Numbered from the stretch's first letter, positions 10,352 to 20,660 are shown. The stretch: 64,000 nt of DNA from Gammaproteobacteria bacterium (GCA_030429735.1 JAUIET010000014.1:6252-70251), one strand, 5' to 3'. Notes: a model not told the origin generated them from the sequence alone. Made by a program: numbers and translations.

Positions 10352-11200
10352 TTACTTATCAACAAAACTCAGATTGCATTTACTGCCAGCCGGTATCGCA
10401 AGCTGGGTGTTATCAAGACTTAACTGCACGCCGAAGGTGTTAGTCGAGGGGTCTCCCATTTGATCAACCACTTTAACGCTTGTTGGAAACGATCTGGACG
10501 TATCGCTGTGCAGGCGTATGACTGCTTCGCTGTCACTATTCAGTCGACCGAAGAATTCCAGAGGTACGGCCGCCTCAACAATCAACGGGTGCAACTGAAC
10601 GACCTGCACAATGGGTTGTTCCTTAACGTATTCGCCGGCTGAGCGATACCTGCGCGTGACCATGCCATCGATCGGGCTGCGAATGGATTTACGCAACAGG
10701 ATTTCCTGACTACGAGCCAGTTCCAGGGTGCGTAAAGCGTTGATATCTTTTGCCTGTTTCACCCGCCATTTTGACAGATCCGCATTTCTTTTCGCCCTGT
10801 CTCTCTCCTGCTTCGATGCCGCCTCGCCCTCTTGCAGGGAATGCAAGCGATCGCGTGTCCGATTGTCGTAGTCAAGGTTTACTTCGTTAAGGCGTATTTC
10901 GCTGATGATATTCGCTCGCGCATCCGCTAAAGCGAGTTCCGCTTTTTCTACGCCAGAGTCTAACGTTGCCAATAGTTGACCTTGTTTTACCACATGGCCT
11001 CGATCCACTTTTACTTCAGACAATACCCCCGGCACTGGACTGGCCACATCGGCAATCACGGAAGGCAACACAACACACTCCACATCAGGGATAATGTCTG
11101 TCGACTCCTGGGCTATCGAATTGGAAGACAGCGCAACGCAGAGCGCGACCGCCAGCCCCGCCGCACTTTTGAAGCGATACAGTGATTGCAAAACATCCAT
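10352..11200 (-). CDS. efflux RND/T1SS periplasmic adaptor (membrane fusion protein)
   Basis: Signal peptide; lipoyl half-motifs SPVPGVLSEVKVDRGHVVKQGQLLATLD and IRSPIDGMV flank a coiled coil. Confidence 0.85.
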   Translation of the reverse strand: MDVLQSLYRFKSAAGLAVALCVALSSNSIAQESTDIIPDVECVVLPSVIADVASPVPGVLSEVKVDRGHVVKQGQLLATLDSGVEKAELALADARANIISEIRLNEVNLDYDNRTRDRLHSLQEGEAASKQERDRAKRNADLSKWRVKQAKDINALRTLELARSQEILLRKSIRSPIDGMVTRRYRSAGEYVKEQPIVQVVQLHPLIVEAAVPLEFFGRLNSDSEAVIRLHSDTSRSFPTSVKVVDQMGDPSTNTFGVQLSLDNTQLAIPAGSKCNLSFVDK

Positions 11201-11347
11201 TGTTGTTCCTTTAAATCCTTGCCTAGTTTAGATCTATCCAAAAAGTATAGGCGCTGACAAAAAAGACTGGTCCGTTGGCGATGAAAAACAAGTGGAATTT
11301 ACAGTACGATGAAATCTCTCCTAAAATGCACTCCTGTATTGGATGAC

Positions 11348-12733
11348 CTAACGATTGCGTCCAGCAATTTCGCTCAGTTTTCGCTCTATATGCTCACTAT
11401 TTATCCACTGCCCACGCAGCATGACACCCTGCAGGCTGCGAATATTACTGATATCGTCGCCCGGGTTGCTGCGTAACAGCAGTAGATCGGCCACTTGCCC
11501 GGGTTCAATGCGCCCGTATTGCGGCTGGTCTTGGCCTGCTAACGTCGCAAGGTACGTTGCCGGATGAATGGTTGCTGCCGCCAACACGGCTGTGTTGCTC
11601 ATTCCAGCGTCGACCATCGCTTCCAGTTCATGCAGCGCGGAAAAACCGGGCACGTTGAAGACCTGTGGCGCATCCGAGCCGAGTAATATCGGTACGCCTG
11701 CATTCGCGAGCGCGATCAGCACGTCATTTCGAAGTTCCAGCAAGCGACGTGATTGCGACATTGAGAACAGGGGGTCATCCTCCAGCTGCTGTTTGCGCTT
11801 GCGCCACTGCTTGATCGTGGACCGCGGCATATAACGCATTTCAACGTTGCTGGCGAGTTCCTCAGCCGACTCTGTGCCTGCCCAACGCGTAAACAGCGTC
11901 TGCGTGGGCACTACCGCAACACCCGACGCCGCAGCTGCGCTGACCAGCTCCGCTAACTTATCCCGATTCGCTTTGCCTGCATAACGCATTCCGAAAAAGC
12001 CGCCTTGTTTGGCATTGACGTCTCCGTCTGCGATGCCCGTGACAAAGCCATCCAGATGATCAATGGTGCCATAGCCATAGGCCAGTGCTCTCTTAATCCC
12101 TACATCCGCCGGGACATGTCCGGAGAATGCCATACCCTGCTCTCTTGCTGTTTTCACCAGCGCCTCCATTACAGGCAGGCTGATACCGGGGTGTATCTTC
12201 AGAAAGTCATAACCCTTCTGTTTGTAGAGCTTTACCAGGCGTATAGCCGATTTCTCCGTTCTGACGGTGCGGCCGTTCAGCGATGGGCTGGACGTGATGA
12301 TCCGCGGAGCCATAAGTTGCTCACGATTAACGTCGTTGCGCAGCCGCAGATGATACGGGTCGCCAATCATGCCTCTGATGGTGGTTACCCCCTGACTTAC
12401 AAACAGAAACAAGGTGTCTCGAACCAACTGATCATCACCTTGCTTGGCAACCGGGATATGCGCATGCATTTCAATAAGACCCGGCATTAAATACTGGCCA
12501 GAGCCATCGATGACGGTTGTAGATTCGCCAGCGGATATTTCCCCGGCGGCCGCTATCCGCTGGATCAAGCCATCACGTACCAACACAGCACGAGCCGTTC
12601 TGGCCCCCTCATCACTGCGTACAGGGACAATGTTGACGTTGTCTATCAGGACCTCGGCCGACACCTGCACGCCGCCAAGCAAACAGGCCAGGAAAAGCGT
12701 ACGGCATAACAAATATGCAAGGTTAACTGTCAT
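11348..12733 (-). CDS. secreted amidohydrolase superfamily protein
   Basis: Signal peptide; PGLIEMHAH, GHV, IDHLD, GSDAP and GRIEPGQVADL motifs. Confidence 0.88.
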   Translation of the reverse strand: MTVNLAYLLCRTLFLACLLGGVQVSAEVLIDNVNIVPVRSDEGARTARAVLVRDGLIQRIAAAGEISAGESTTVIDGSGQYLMPGLIEMHAHIPVAKQGDDQLVRDTLFLFVSQGVTTIRGMIGDPYHLRLRNDVNREQLMAPRIITSSPSLNGRTVRTEKSAIRLVKLYKQKGYDFLKIHPGISLPVMEALVKTAREQGMAFSGHVPADVGIKRALAYGYGTIDHLDGFVTGIADGDVNAKQGGFFGMRYAGKANRDKLAELVSAAAASGVAVVPTQTLFTRWAGTESAEELASNVEMRYMPRSTIKQWRKRKQQLEDDPLFSMSQSRRLLELRNDVLIALANAGVPILLGSDAPQVFNVPGFSALHELEAMVDAGMSNTAVLAAATIHPATYLATLAGQDQPQYGRIEPGQVADLLLLRSNPGDDISNIRSLQGVMLRGQWINSEHIERKLSEIAGRNR

Positions 12734-12901
12734 GGCTGAGCTCCAGGTAATTTGGCTGCGTTGAAACCGACACTGATCACTCGCGTCGGCGAGTTATACA
12801 ACAGTAATTTTACACGGACGCTGGCCCATGCGACCATCAACGACGATGTGCGCTGTACATAGCGCGGCAATGTTAGCTTAGCCTGGAGCTTGCCTACCGT
12901 C

Positions 12902-13666
12902 ATGTTGAACGAAAGAGTGTATGTTATTACTGGCGGTTCCCAGGGTTTTGGCTTGGCTATTGCGCGCGAATTGCTGAAAGCCGGAGGGCGCGTTGGTCTG
13001 CTGGCGCGCAGCGCGCACACGTTGACAGCAGCGGTAAATGAACTGGGTGACGACAAGGCTTTTTCCGTGGTGGCCGATGTCTCTGACAAGAAGCAAGTAC
13101 ACAAAGCCTTTCAACAGATTTATCGGCATTTCGGTCGTCTGGACGGATTGATCAATAATGCAGGCGTTGCGCGCCCAGGGCCAATCAGCGAATTGTCAGA
13201 AGATGATTTGCGCATGCAATTTGATGTGAATGTGATCGGCCTCGTGTTTTGCTGCCAGGAAGCGCTGCCATTGCTCAAATCAAGTGACAATGCACGTATC
13301 GTGAATATAGGTTCGGCAAGCTCAGTGTACCGGGAAGAATGTCGTCATGTCGGCATATACGCGGCCAGCAAGTCGGCCGTTGATCGATTAAGCGCCGAAC
13401 TTAGGGATGAATTGCGAGCTGATGGAATTGGCGTTAGCGTTGTCATTCCCGGTGCCGCTGCAACAGATTTTGCCTCGGCTTGGAGTGCGGAGAAGATGCG
13501 TCGATGTGCCACCGAATGGGCTGACTACGGTAAATACATGGACACCGGCATGGAACCCAGTGATGTTGGCGAAGCGGTTGTTCACTGCGTTTCCAGACGA
13601 CCCGGAGTGGCGGTAGATACCTTAACGGTAAGGCCGAATATACCCACCGAAAAAATCACCTGGTAG
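12902..13666 (+). CDS. short-chain dehydrogenase/reductase (SDR)
   Basis: TGGSQGFG, NNAG and YAASK motifs. ATG 12902 preferred over TTG 12890. Confidence 0.9.
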   Translation: MLNERVYVITGGSQGFGLAIARELLKAGGRVGLLARSAHTLTAAVNELGDDKAFSVVADVSDKKQVHKAFQQIYRHFGRLDGLINNAGVARPGPISELSEDDLRMQFDVNVIGLVFCCQEALPLLKSSDNARIVNIGSASSVYREECRHVGIYAASKSAVDRLSAELRDELRADGIGVSVVIPGAAATDFASAWSAEKMRRCATEWADYGKYMDTGMEPSDVGEAVVHCVSRRPGVAVDTLTVRPNIPTEKITW

Positions 13667-13676
13667 TCCACCGCCA

Positions 13677-13719
13677 AACATTGCAATCCTGCAATGTTGC
13701 CGCTCCATATTGCGATGTT
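13677..13719. promoter_or_regulatory. candidate operator: AACATTGCA-N4-TGCAATGTT inverted repeat plus a near copy of the half-site (TGCGATGTT) 21 bp downstream
   Basis: Perfect 9-bp inverted repeat at 13677-13698, about 95 bp upstream of the TonB receptor ATG. It could instead be a terminator hairpin of the SDR gene. Confidence 0.35.
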
Positions 13720-13791
13720 CAGTCGCTTGACGCAAAATCGGAGGCGATTGGTTATCAATTACAAATAAGACTAACCTCGAGGTAAAAAATA

Positions 13792-16377
13792 ATGCCAGAC
13801 CATCAGCACAGATTGTCTATCCCCGTTAAATCACTCATAGCTATCAGCGTCGCCGCAGCTGCCAGTACAACAGCGTTTGCACAAAATAGGCTGATGTTAG
13901 AGGAGATTATTGTGACCGCGCAAAAGCGCGCAGAGAACGCGATCGATGTGCCGATTTCGATGGCCATAGAAACCGGAGAATCTCTTGAAAAGAAAGGCAT
14001 TCTCGACCTGCAAACTCTATCGATAAACACACCGGGATTGTACTTACAGGACGGCGGCCGCACCTCACAGGTGGCCATGCGCGGCCTCGGCAGCCCCGGT
14101 CTTGATTCGGTTGAAAGTTCTGTTGGGTTTTATATCGACGGCGTTTATTTCGGGCGCAGCCGTCTAAGTCGAAACCCATTGTTTGATATGGAACGAATTG
14201 AAGTGTTGCGCGGCCCACAGGGTACTTTGTACGGCCGTAACACCATTGCCGGTGCCATCAACATGATCACCGCCAAGCCAAGCGACGAATTTGAAGGCCG
14301 CTTTTTAATCGAAGGCAGTGCGGGCGATATCGATAACCACAAGTTTGAGGCCTACGTATCAGGACCTATTGTTGATGGCCTGTCTGGCCGCTTGTCGGTA
14401 CTGAATTCGAGACGCGGTTCCTATCTGGAAAACAGTGAGCCGGGTCCGGATGGAGGCGGTCAAGATACAGAGGGCTATAGAGGCAGCCTGCGCTGGCAAC
14501 CCAATGACGCCTTTGATCTGACATTCAAATACGAGCATATGAACCATGCCAACCTTGGCTCGTACGCACAGCTGTCTGGAAACCCGTTCAACGCACCAGC
14601 GCTTCAGGGTATCGCCAATGTGGATGTAGCGATTGATCGCAATCAGCAAGTTGGTGGCACCGGCATCAATAATCTACGCGATAAAGTGGGTGGTTTTTAC
14701 ACGTCCGATGTTGCCTCAGTGAATGCCACGTGGGATATCAATGACGGCCTCCGGCTCACGTCGGTGACGGGTTACTATGATTACGACGCGCAATCTCGCG
14801 ATTACATTACTGCGTCACCTGTCGACACGCTCACTATTGCCGGCTTAACCGACAACTACGAGTACTGGAGCCAGGAGCTGCGCCTGGAGTCCACGGGCGA
14901 TGGCCCGTTCAACTTCATTGCCGGTGTGTTCGCTGACAACTATAAGCTGACCACAAAACCAGACGATGCAGCCAATGAATTTGCCGCATTGACGTTGGGT
15001 GGGCCCGTACTAGGTCCTACCGCCGCCGGTCTGGCCGCCAGTCCCGTCATTCAAGCAATTTTCCCTGGCCTGGCCCAAAATGTAGCGGATGGCTTCGCGA
15101 ACGGACTTGCAGACGGATTCACGCTGGTGACACCTTCTGGAAGCCCGGACGGTTCGCAGTCAAACCTTGAGCAGGACATTACCACCTGGTCAGTCTTCTT
15201 TGAGGGCACCTACGAGTTCAACGAGCAATGGCATCTGACTGCGGGCATTCGCTACACGGATGAAGAAAACGAAACCGTACTGGCCAAAGGCACGTTCTAC
15301 CGTAATGGCGCAGGTGACCCGTGGGGACAATTACCCAGCGGTGCCGAGTTGGCGACGGCTGCCGTTGCTAACGATGCCGCCTTGGCAGGTCGCGAGGGTA
15401 TTCTAGGGCTGGTTTACCAAGGCACCCTGGATTCTGAAATTGCACCCGGCGTGCCCTTTAGCTTCCTGCCGTTTGCAATCGGCGCACCGGCAGGCACACC
15501 AATTGCCAGACCGGAACCAATTACCGAAGACTCCATCACTCCGTCGCTTAAACTGCAGTACTTTGCCAGTGACGACTCGATGTATTACTTAAGCGTGGTG
15601 ACTGGCTTCAAGGCCGGAGGCTTTAACAGCTCAAATATTCTGGCGTTTACTGTAGAAGGCGATACCTTCCAAAGTGAAGACGCATTGGCGTTCGAGATTG
15701 GCGGCAAATGGACACTGGGCGGTGGGCGTGGAACACTGACGGCGGCCCTGTTCCGAACTGATTTCGACGATCTGCAAGTTGGAACCATCACCGCGCAGGG
15801 GGCTTCTTCGGTAGTGAATGCTGCGTCAGCGGTCAGCCAGGGTCTTGAACTAGACACTGCCTGGAGAATTAGCGAGTCGCTCACTATTGGCGGATCTTAC
15901 TCTTTCCTGGATGCGCACTATACCGATTCAAATACCTTGAATTGCAACGGTTTCCAGACGCAAACGCGAATTCTGGCAGGCGACCTGGCACCAGGAGCCC
16001 CGTGTACCTTCCGGCTTGATGAGCAATTCAGCGGAAACAATGACTTACAGCGCGCACCGGAACATACCGCTAGCGCATTCATTGAGCACAATACGTCAAT
16101 TGCGGAAGGCTGGAACTTGCAATCTTATGTCGGCGCAAACTATCGAGATGAGGCAAACACGAGCATTGAGAACATTCTTCGCTCTGATTCCATGCTGCTC
16201 GTTAACGCGCGTTTCGCGCTGTACAACGAGCCAGGTGATTGGTCCCTGTCGATTTACGGCAATAACCTGACGGATGATCGTGGTCTTGTTCTGCGGCAGG
16301 ATAACAGTGGTACGGCAGAAAAAGGCATTATCACAACGCCACGTATCTGGGCAGTGCAGTTTTCTAAGAATTTTTAA
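13792..16377 (+). CDS. TonB-dependent outer membrane receptor
   Basis: Signal peptide, LEEIIVTAQKR TonB-box region, plug motif ERIEVLRGPQGTLYGRN, C-terminal Phe; GAGG RBS. Confidence 0.95.
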   Translation: MPDHQHRLSIPVKSLIAISVAAAASTTAFAQNRLMLEEIIVTAQKRAENAIDVPISMAIETGESLEKKGILDLQTLSINTPGLYLQDGGRTSQVAMRGLGSPGLDSVESSVGFYIDGVYFGRSRLSRNPLFDMERIEVLRGPQGTLYGRNTIAGAINMITAKPSDEFEGRFLIEGSAGDIDNHKFEAYVSGPIVDGLSGRLSVLNSRRGSYLENSEPGPDGGGQDTEGYRGSLRWQPNDAFDLTFKYEHMNHANLGSYAQLSGNPFNAPALQGIANVDVAIDRNQQVGGTGINNLRDKVGGFYTSDVASVNATWDINDGLRLTSVTGYYDYDAQSRDYITASPVDTLTIAGLTDNYEYWSQELRLESTGDGPFNFIAGVFADNYKLTTKPDDAANEFAALTLGGPVLGPTAAGLAASPVIQAIFPGLAQNVADGFANGLADGFTLVTPSGSPDGSQSNLEQDITTWSVFFEGTYEFNEQWHLTAGIRYTDEENETVLAKGTFYRNGAGDPWGQLPSGAELATAAVANDAALAGREGILGLVYQGTLDSEIAPGVPFSFLPFAIGAPAGTPIARPEPITEDSITPSLKLQYFASDDSMYYLSVVTGFKAGGFNSSNILAFTVEGDTFQSEDALAFEIGGKWTLGGGRGTLTAALFRTDFDDLQVGTITAQGASSVVNAASAVSQGLELDTAWRISESLTIGGSYSFLDAHYTDSNTLNCNGFQTQTRILAGDLAPGAPCTFRLDEQFSGNNDLQRAPEHTASAFIEHNTSIAEGWNLQSYVGANYRDEANTSIENILRSDSMLLVNARFALYNEPGDWSLSIYGNNLTDDRGLVLRQDNSGTAEKGIITTPRIWAVQFSKNF

Positions 16378-16413
16378 GGGCTAAATGCACTGCCATTAGG
16401 AATTTGGCACAGA

Positions 16414-16447
16414 AGTGAGAAATCGAGTTCGTGCTCGATTTCTCACT
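16414..16447. terminator. 14-bp perfect hairpin between convergent genes (probable bidirectional terminator)
   Basis: AGTGAGAAATCGAG-ttcgtg-CTCGATTTCTCACT; no strong U-tract on either side. Confidence 0.55.
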
Positions 16448-16472
16448 GATTATAGGCAAATGTAATTTAGCG

Positions 16473-16991
16473 TCAGGACAGCATGTCGAAGAGCTTCTGC
16501 TTCATAGCTTGCACCCAGTTCTCTTTCAGAGCGTCAGAAAGCAAACCGGCTGCCTCAAGCTCGTCGCACAAATGCATCTGATGAGCCAGATCAAACATAT
16601 CCAGCTGCCTGGCAATCTGGCCATTTTTGTCAAAGTCCATAAATGAAACGCCAGGCGTCTCAAAGTAGGAACCGTCCTCACGCTTCCCAGGGCCGCGATT
16701 CATCCAGTGGGTAATTCCTTGACCGCGGTCATTTACGTAGGTTCCCATGTACGGGAATGTCCACCCTTCCCAACCGTGGGCCATGTCTCGCCCATAATGC
16801 GTTGACTTAATCTGATCAATGCCATGTGCCGCAACCGTCATGGTACCCGCGTACTCGCAGGTGTACACGCACGTGGGCGCGTACATTTCATCAACAAAGA
16901 AAATCCAGTCGCCGCTCTGACTGGCCTGGCCATGGTACTTAACCAGTTTTGCCATCGTCCGCTGCGCCAATTCGTATCCGTTGCCTGCCAT
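16473..16991 (-). CDS. NTF2/SnoaL-like domain protein
   Basis: 172 aa from ATG 16991 (the longer ORF would overlap the divergent gene). SnoaL-like pattern YAPTCVY...PGVSFMDFDKNGQIARQLDMFD. Confidence 0.72.
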   Translation of the reverse strand: MAGNGYELAQRTMAKLVKYHGQASQSGDWIFFVDEMYAPTCVYTCEYAGTMTVAAHGIDQIKSTHYGRDMAHGWEGWTFPYMGTYVNDRGQGITHWMNRGPGKREDGSYFETPGVSFMDFDKNGQIARQLDMFDLAHQMHLCDELEAAGLLSDALKENWVQAMKQKLFDMLS

Positions 16992-17062
16992 AGCATTCAC
17001 CCTGATTGATTTTTCCCAGATCGTAATAGACCCGGTCAGATGCTTCACCTTACACTGCGGCA

Positions 17063-18733
17063 ATGCAGGTGGAAGAATTTGATGTAATTGTAGTTGGCAG
17101 TGGCGCAGGCGCGCTGACCACGGCGTGTTGTGCTCACGACTTTGGTCAGCGCGTTGTGGTGTTGGAAAAAGCAAACGTGTACGGCGGCACATCGGCCAGT
17201 TCCGGCGGCGGGCTATGGATTCCCAACAATCATTTGATGAAACAGAAGGGCATCGAAGACTCCAGGGAAGAAGCCATTGAGTACCTTCGCCAACTCACCG
17301 AAAACGACGTAGAGCAAAGTCTGATTGAAGCGTTCGTGGATTATGGGGCAGAAATGCTCGAGTACATGGAAACAAACACCCGTGTCGCGAACGAGTCCAT
17401 GCAATATTACGCCGATTATTATCAGGAACTTACCGGTAGCAAACCTGGCGGTCGTTCCACTGACCCCCTTCCATACCACGCGAAATACCTTGGCAAGCAC
17501 TTTCTGACAATGGGCCACTCGCACATTCAAACCACAGTCATGGGTTTGATGGGCTACAGCAATATGGAAGGCGCGGTCTTACTTAGTAAGGCGCCGGGCT
17601 GGTTTAAAGTGGTGTGTAAATTAGCACTTGAGTATTTTGCCGATATTCCAGGCCGGTTGACATCGAGTCGCTCGCGACGACTTGTGATGGGCAATGCCTT
17701 GATAGGCCGGCTGCGCCACTCCCTGATCGATCGCGACATCGAGCTGCGCCTGGATTGCCCGGTTACAGAGCTGTTACTGGAAAACGCGCGTGTGTGTGGC
17801 GTTCGATACCATGACAAGCAGCTGAGAGCACGCAAGGCCGTGGTCATTGCGGCTGGCGGGTTTGAGCACAGCCAGGCGCTACGCAATAAATATTTACCCA
17901 CGCCCACAGCAACCGAGTGGTCAGCCGCATACCCACAAAACACCGGTGATCTGCTGATGGCTGCTGAGAAAATTGGCGCTCAACTTCACCTGATGGATGA
18001 GGCCTGGTGGGGACCGACCATAAAGCTGGCGAATGAAGATCGAGCGCGCATGTTGTTTACCGAGCGTTCCATGCCTGGCTGTATTATGGTCAACCAACAG
18101 GGCAATCGCTTTGTTAACGAGTCGGTCGCTTACACAACCGCGGTGCAGGCCATGTACCAGCAGCAGGAGCATGGTCAGAATATCCCGGCCTACGCGGTGT
18201 TTGACGCTCGCTATCGCAGGGAGTATCCGTTTGGTCCTCTGCTGCCCAAAGGAATGCACATGGACTGGCTGCAGCCGTCAGCCATTCGCAAACATTTTTT
18301 ACGCCAGGCTGACTCACTGTCTGCGCTCGCCAACCAATTGCGCATTGATCCCCTGGCACTCACGGCAACAGTCCAGCGATTCAACGGTTTTGCCCTCGCG
18401 GGTAAAGACCAGGATTTCCTGCGCGGCGAGAACAGCTACGACCTACTATACGGTGACGCCCGCATACAACCTAACCCATGTCTCGCTCCGCTGACTGAGC
18501 CACCCTATTACGCGGTCGAAATACACCCCGGCGACATAGGTACCAAAGGCGGCTTGCGCACTAATCATCGGGCGCAGGTGCTTGATCGACAGCATCAGGA
18601 AATACCAGGGCTGTACGCGATAGGTAACAGCTCGGCATCACCTATGGGGCGCTACTATCCCGGCGCAGGTGCAACACTCGGACCCGCCATGACCTTTGCT
18701 TACATAGCAGCGAGGCATATCGCTGGTCTGTGA
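17063..18733 (+). CDS. FAD-dependent oxidoreductase, 3-ketosteroid delta-1-dehydrogenase (KstD)-like
   Basis: VVGSGAG, GGTSASSGGGLWIP, GDIGTKGGL and YPGAGATLG motifs. Confidence 0.85.
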   Translation: MQVEEFDVIVVGSGAGALTTACCAHDFGQRVVVLEKANVYGGTSASSGGGLWIPNNHLMKQKGIEDSREEAIEYLRQLTENDVEQSLIEAFVDYGAEMLEYMETNTRVANESMQYYADYYQELTGSKPGGRSTDPLPYHAKYLGKHFLTMGHSHIQTTVMGLMGYSNMEGAVLLSKAPGWFKVVCKLALEYFADIPGRLTSSRSRRLVMGNALIGRLRHSLIDRDIELRLDCPVTELLLENARVCGVRYHDKQLRARKAVVIAAGGFEHSQALRNKYLPTPTATEWSAAYPQNTGDLLMAAEKIGAQLHLMDEAWWGPTIKLANEDRARMLFTERSMPGCIMVNQQGNRFVNESVAYTTAVQAMYQQQEHGQNIPAYAVFDARYRREYPFGPLLPKGMHMDWLQPSAIRKHFLRQADSLSALANQLRIDPLALTATVQRFNGFALAGKDQDFLRGENSYDLLYGDARIQPNPCLAPLTEPPYYAVEIHPGDIGTKGGLRTNHRAQVLDRQHQEIPGLYAIGNSSASPMGRYYPGAGATLGPAMTFAYIAARHIAGL

Positions 18734-18888
18734 CTCGCAACGAAACAAGCAATAGTGTCGAAATATCATACAAAAGCGCAATACTCCACACCTGCAGTAA
18801 AGCATAAACCATTGAAATAATTACCAATAATCCCAATGGCATAGTGTGTGCATTATTTAACCAGAACTACCAGTTAACGTGACAGCTT

Positions 18889-19095
18889 ATGAGATTCAAA
18901 CCGATTGCACTTTACGCCCTGCTACTTTCCTCGTTGACCGGAATGTACGTACAATCCGGTCAGGCGGAATTGGATGTTCATGCGCTGGCCCTGGCCAAAA
19001 CGCACAATGAGACCTTTCCCAAGGCCGCTGCCGCTAGCCGGGTCAGCCATGATGAGCGGCTGACCCAGCACGACTCTGCATTGAGCACCCGGTAG
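18889..19095 (+). CDS. small hypothetical protein with signal-peptide-like N-terminus
   Basis: 68 aa starting MRFKPIALYALLLSSLTG; fills the gap between an AT-rich region and the convergent gene, ending 2 bp from it. Confidence 0.4.
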   Translation: MRFKPIALYALLLSSLTGMYVQSGQAELDVHALALAKTHNETFPKAAAASRVSHDERLTQHDSALSTR

Positions 19096-19097
19096 CA

Positions 19098-20660
19098 CTA
19101 GCGCGGCGAGGTTTGCTTCCTGATAGCGGGCATTCGCCAGCTAGGATTACTGCCAAATGTGGGGCCGGGTTGATAGGCACGAAGCTCTACACGAAAGTCT
19201 TGTGCTGGAATGGGTAACCAATTGGCCGTATTGCTGCTGCGGTCCCCGTACGGGTTTCCAGCAGACAAAAAAATCGTGACCCGCCCATCTGCGTCAACCA
19301 ACAACTCATCATCGCTGCCCAGGTGGCTTCTGCCAAGAAGATTGTTCGCCTGCTGACCTTGCATGGTGGTGACATACAGTGACCAAAATGCCTCAACCGG
19401 CGGCAATTTATTCGCTTCAAATTGAATCACGTATTGCTGGCCCTGACCGCCGTTAAGCACATTACCATCCATTGCCTGATGGCTGGCTGTAAGGACAATG
19501 AGTTCTGCCGGTGGCAGATAGTCCAGCCCGGTCGACGCCAACCGGGCCCGCAACACGTAGTTATCGGATTGCGTGATACTTACCTTATGGCCATCAACCG
19601 CGTACCAATTGCGTTTCGGATAGTGCCAGCCATTGTGCACAGTGCTGGCCAAGGTAACGCTATCAGCATCCAGCAATTTCCTGGCTTTATGTGCGGCAGC
19701 TGTCAACATCTGCTGTCTTCGTTCAGTTAACTCCTGCCATCGAATCGCGCGCCCGGGATAAAAGCCAAGCTGAATAATGTCTTTGGCAAATTCACGATCT
19801 GAGGCAGACAAAGTTACGCTCGCGCTCCCCCACAGTGCGGTAGCCCAGCTGAAGAAGTCAGCAGGGCTAAGTTGCAACACCGCCTTCGAAGGCGTAACCC
19901 CGGCCGCAAGGCTCGCAAGTAAAGCCTCAGGAACATCAATGGATGGGGTATCACGTCTGTTTTCATGAGATTGAAATGTTTCTGCATGCCGTCTCAGCAA
20001 GAATTTCGACTGCAAGCCGGCTATGCGTTTTGCCTGCTCAGGTCCGCCTCGCTGCATTTGTGCCAACAACAAAATTCTGTAGTCGGGGCATTCAACAAAC
20101 GTGGCTCCAATTGGCCAATGGCCGCTGATATATTGTTCTTTGCGCATTCCGGGTGGTAAATAAACAATGGTTCCTGCTTTGTTTCCAGTGGCGCGACTGC
20201 CCGTCGTGGCGAACGTTTGCGACCATTGATCAATTCCTTGAATGACATAGTAGCGTTCGCCCATGTCAGGTACGTGCAGATTGATTGGCCCGTCACGCAG
20301 GTCCAGCCATGCTCGAGAGTACACAGTATCAGCGTTAGGCTTGCCGCCCGCTGCGAACTCATTCGGGCGCGTTACATCCGAATGTTGCCAGGTATTGCTG
20401 GGGGCTTGGTCACTCGCCAACTGACTGGCCTGCATCACCAATAACGGATAGAAATACAACCAGGCTTCCACCGCCTTGTTTTCCAGGCTGTCCTGATGAG
20501 CTTCAGCTTTTCGCGTGTCAGCTTCCGTCACCGATGGCAGTGCGCACGACATAATTGCAAACACTACAGCCCACAACAGAAGGTTGCCCGGTCCATACCT
20601 GACGTCAGAATACAAAATAACCACCGTTCTCCAGAATACCCCTGCGATCGTCACCAACAA
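19098..20660 (-). CDS. DUF1254/DUF1214 domain protein (exported)
   Basis: PNADTVYSRAWLDL, GERYYVIQ, PPVEAFWSL and NWLPIP...LRAY motifs; start codon uncertain. Confidence 0.8.
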   Translation of the reverse strand: MLVTIAGVFWRTVVILYSDVRYGPGNLLLWAVVFAIMSCALPSVTEADTRKAEAHQDSLENKAVEAWLYFYPLLVMQASQLASDQAPSNTWQHSDVTRPNEFAAGGKPNADTVYSRAWLDLRDGPINLHVPDMGERYYVIQGIDQWSQTFATTGSRATGNKAGTIVYLPPGMRKEQYISGHWPIGATFVECPDYRILLLAQMQRGGPEQAKRIAGLQSKFLLRRHAETFQSHENRRDTPSIDVPEALLASLAAGVTPSKAVLQLSPADFFSWATALWGSASVTLSASDREFAKDIIQLGFYPGRAIRWQELTERRQQMLTAAAHKARKLLDADSVTLASTVHNGWHYPKRNWYAVDGHKVSITQSDNYVLRARLASTGLDYLPPAELIVLTASHQAMDGNVLNGGQGQQYVIQFEANKLPPVEAFWSLYVTTMQGQQANNLLGRSHLGSDDELLVDADGRVTIFLSAGNPYGDRSSNTANWLPIPAQDFRVELRAYQPGPTFGSNPSWRMPAIRKQTSPR

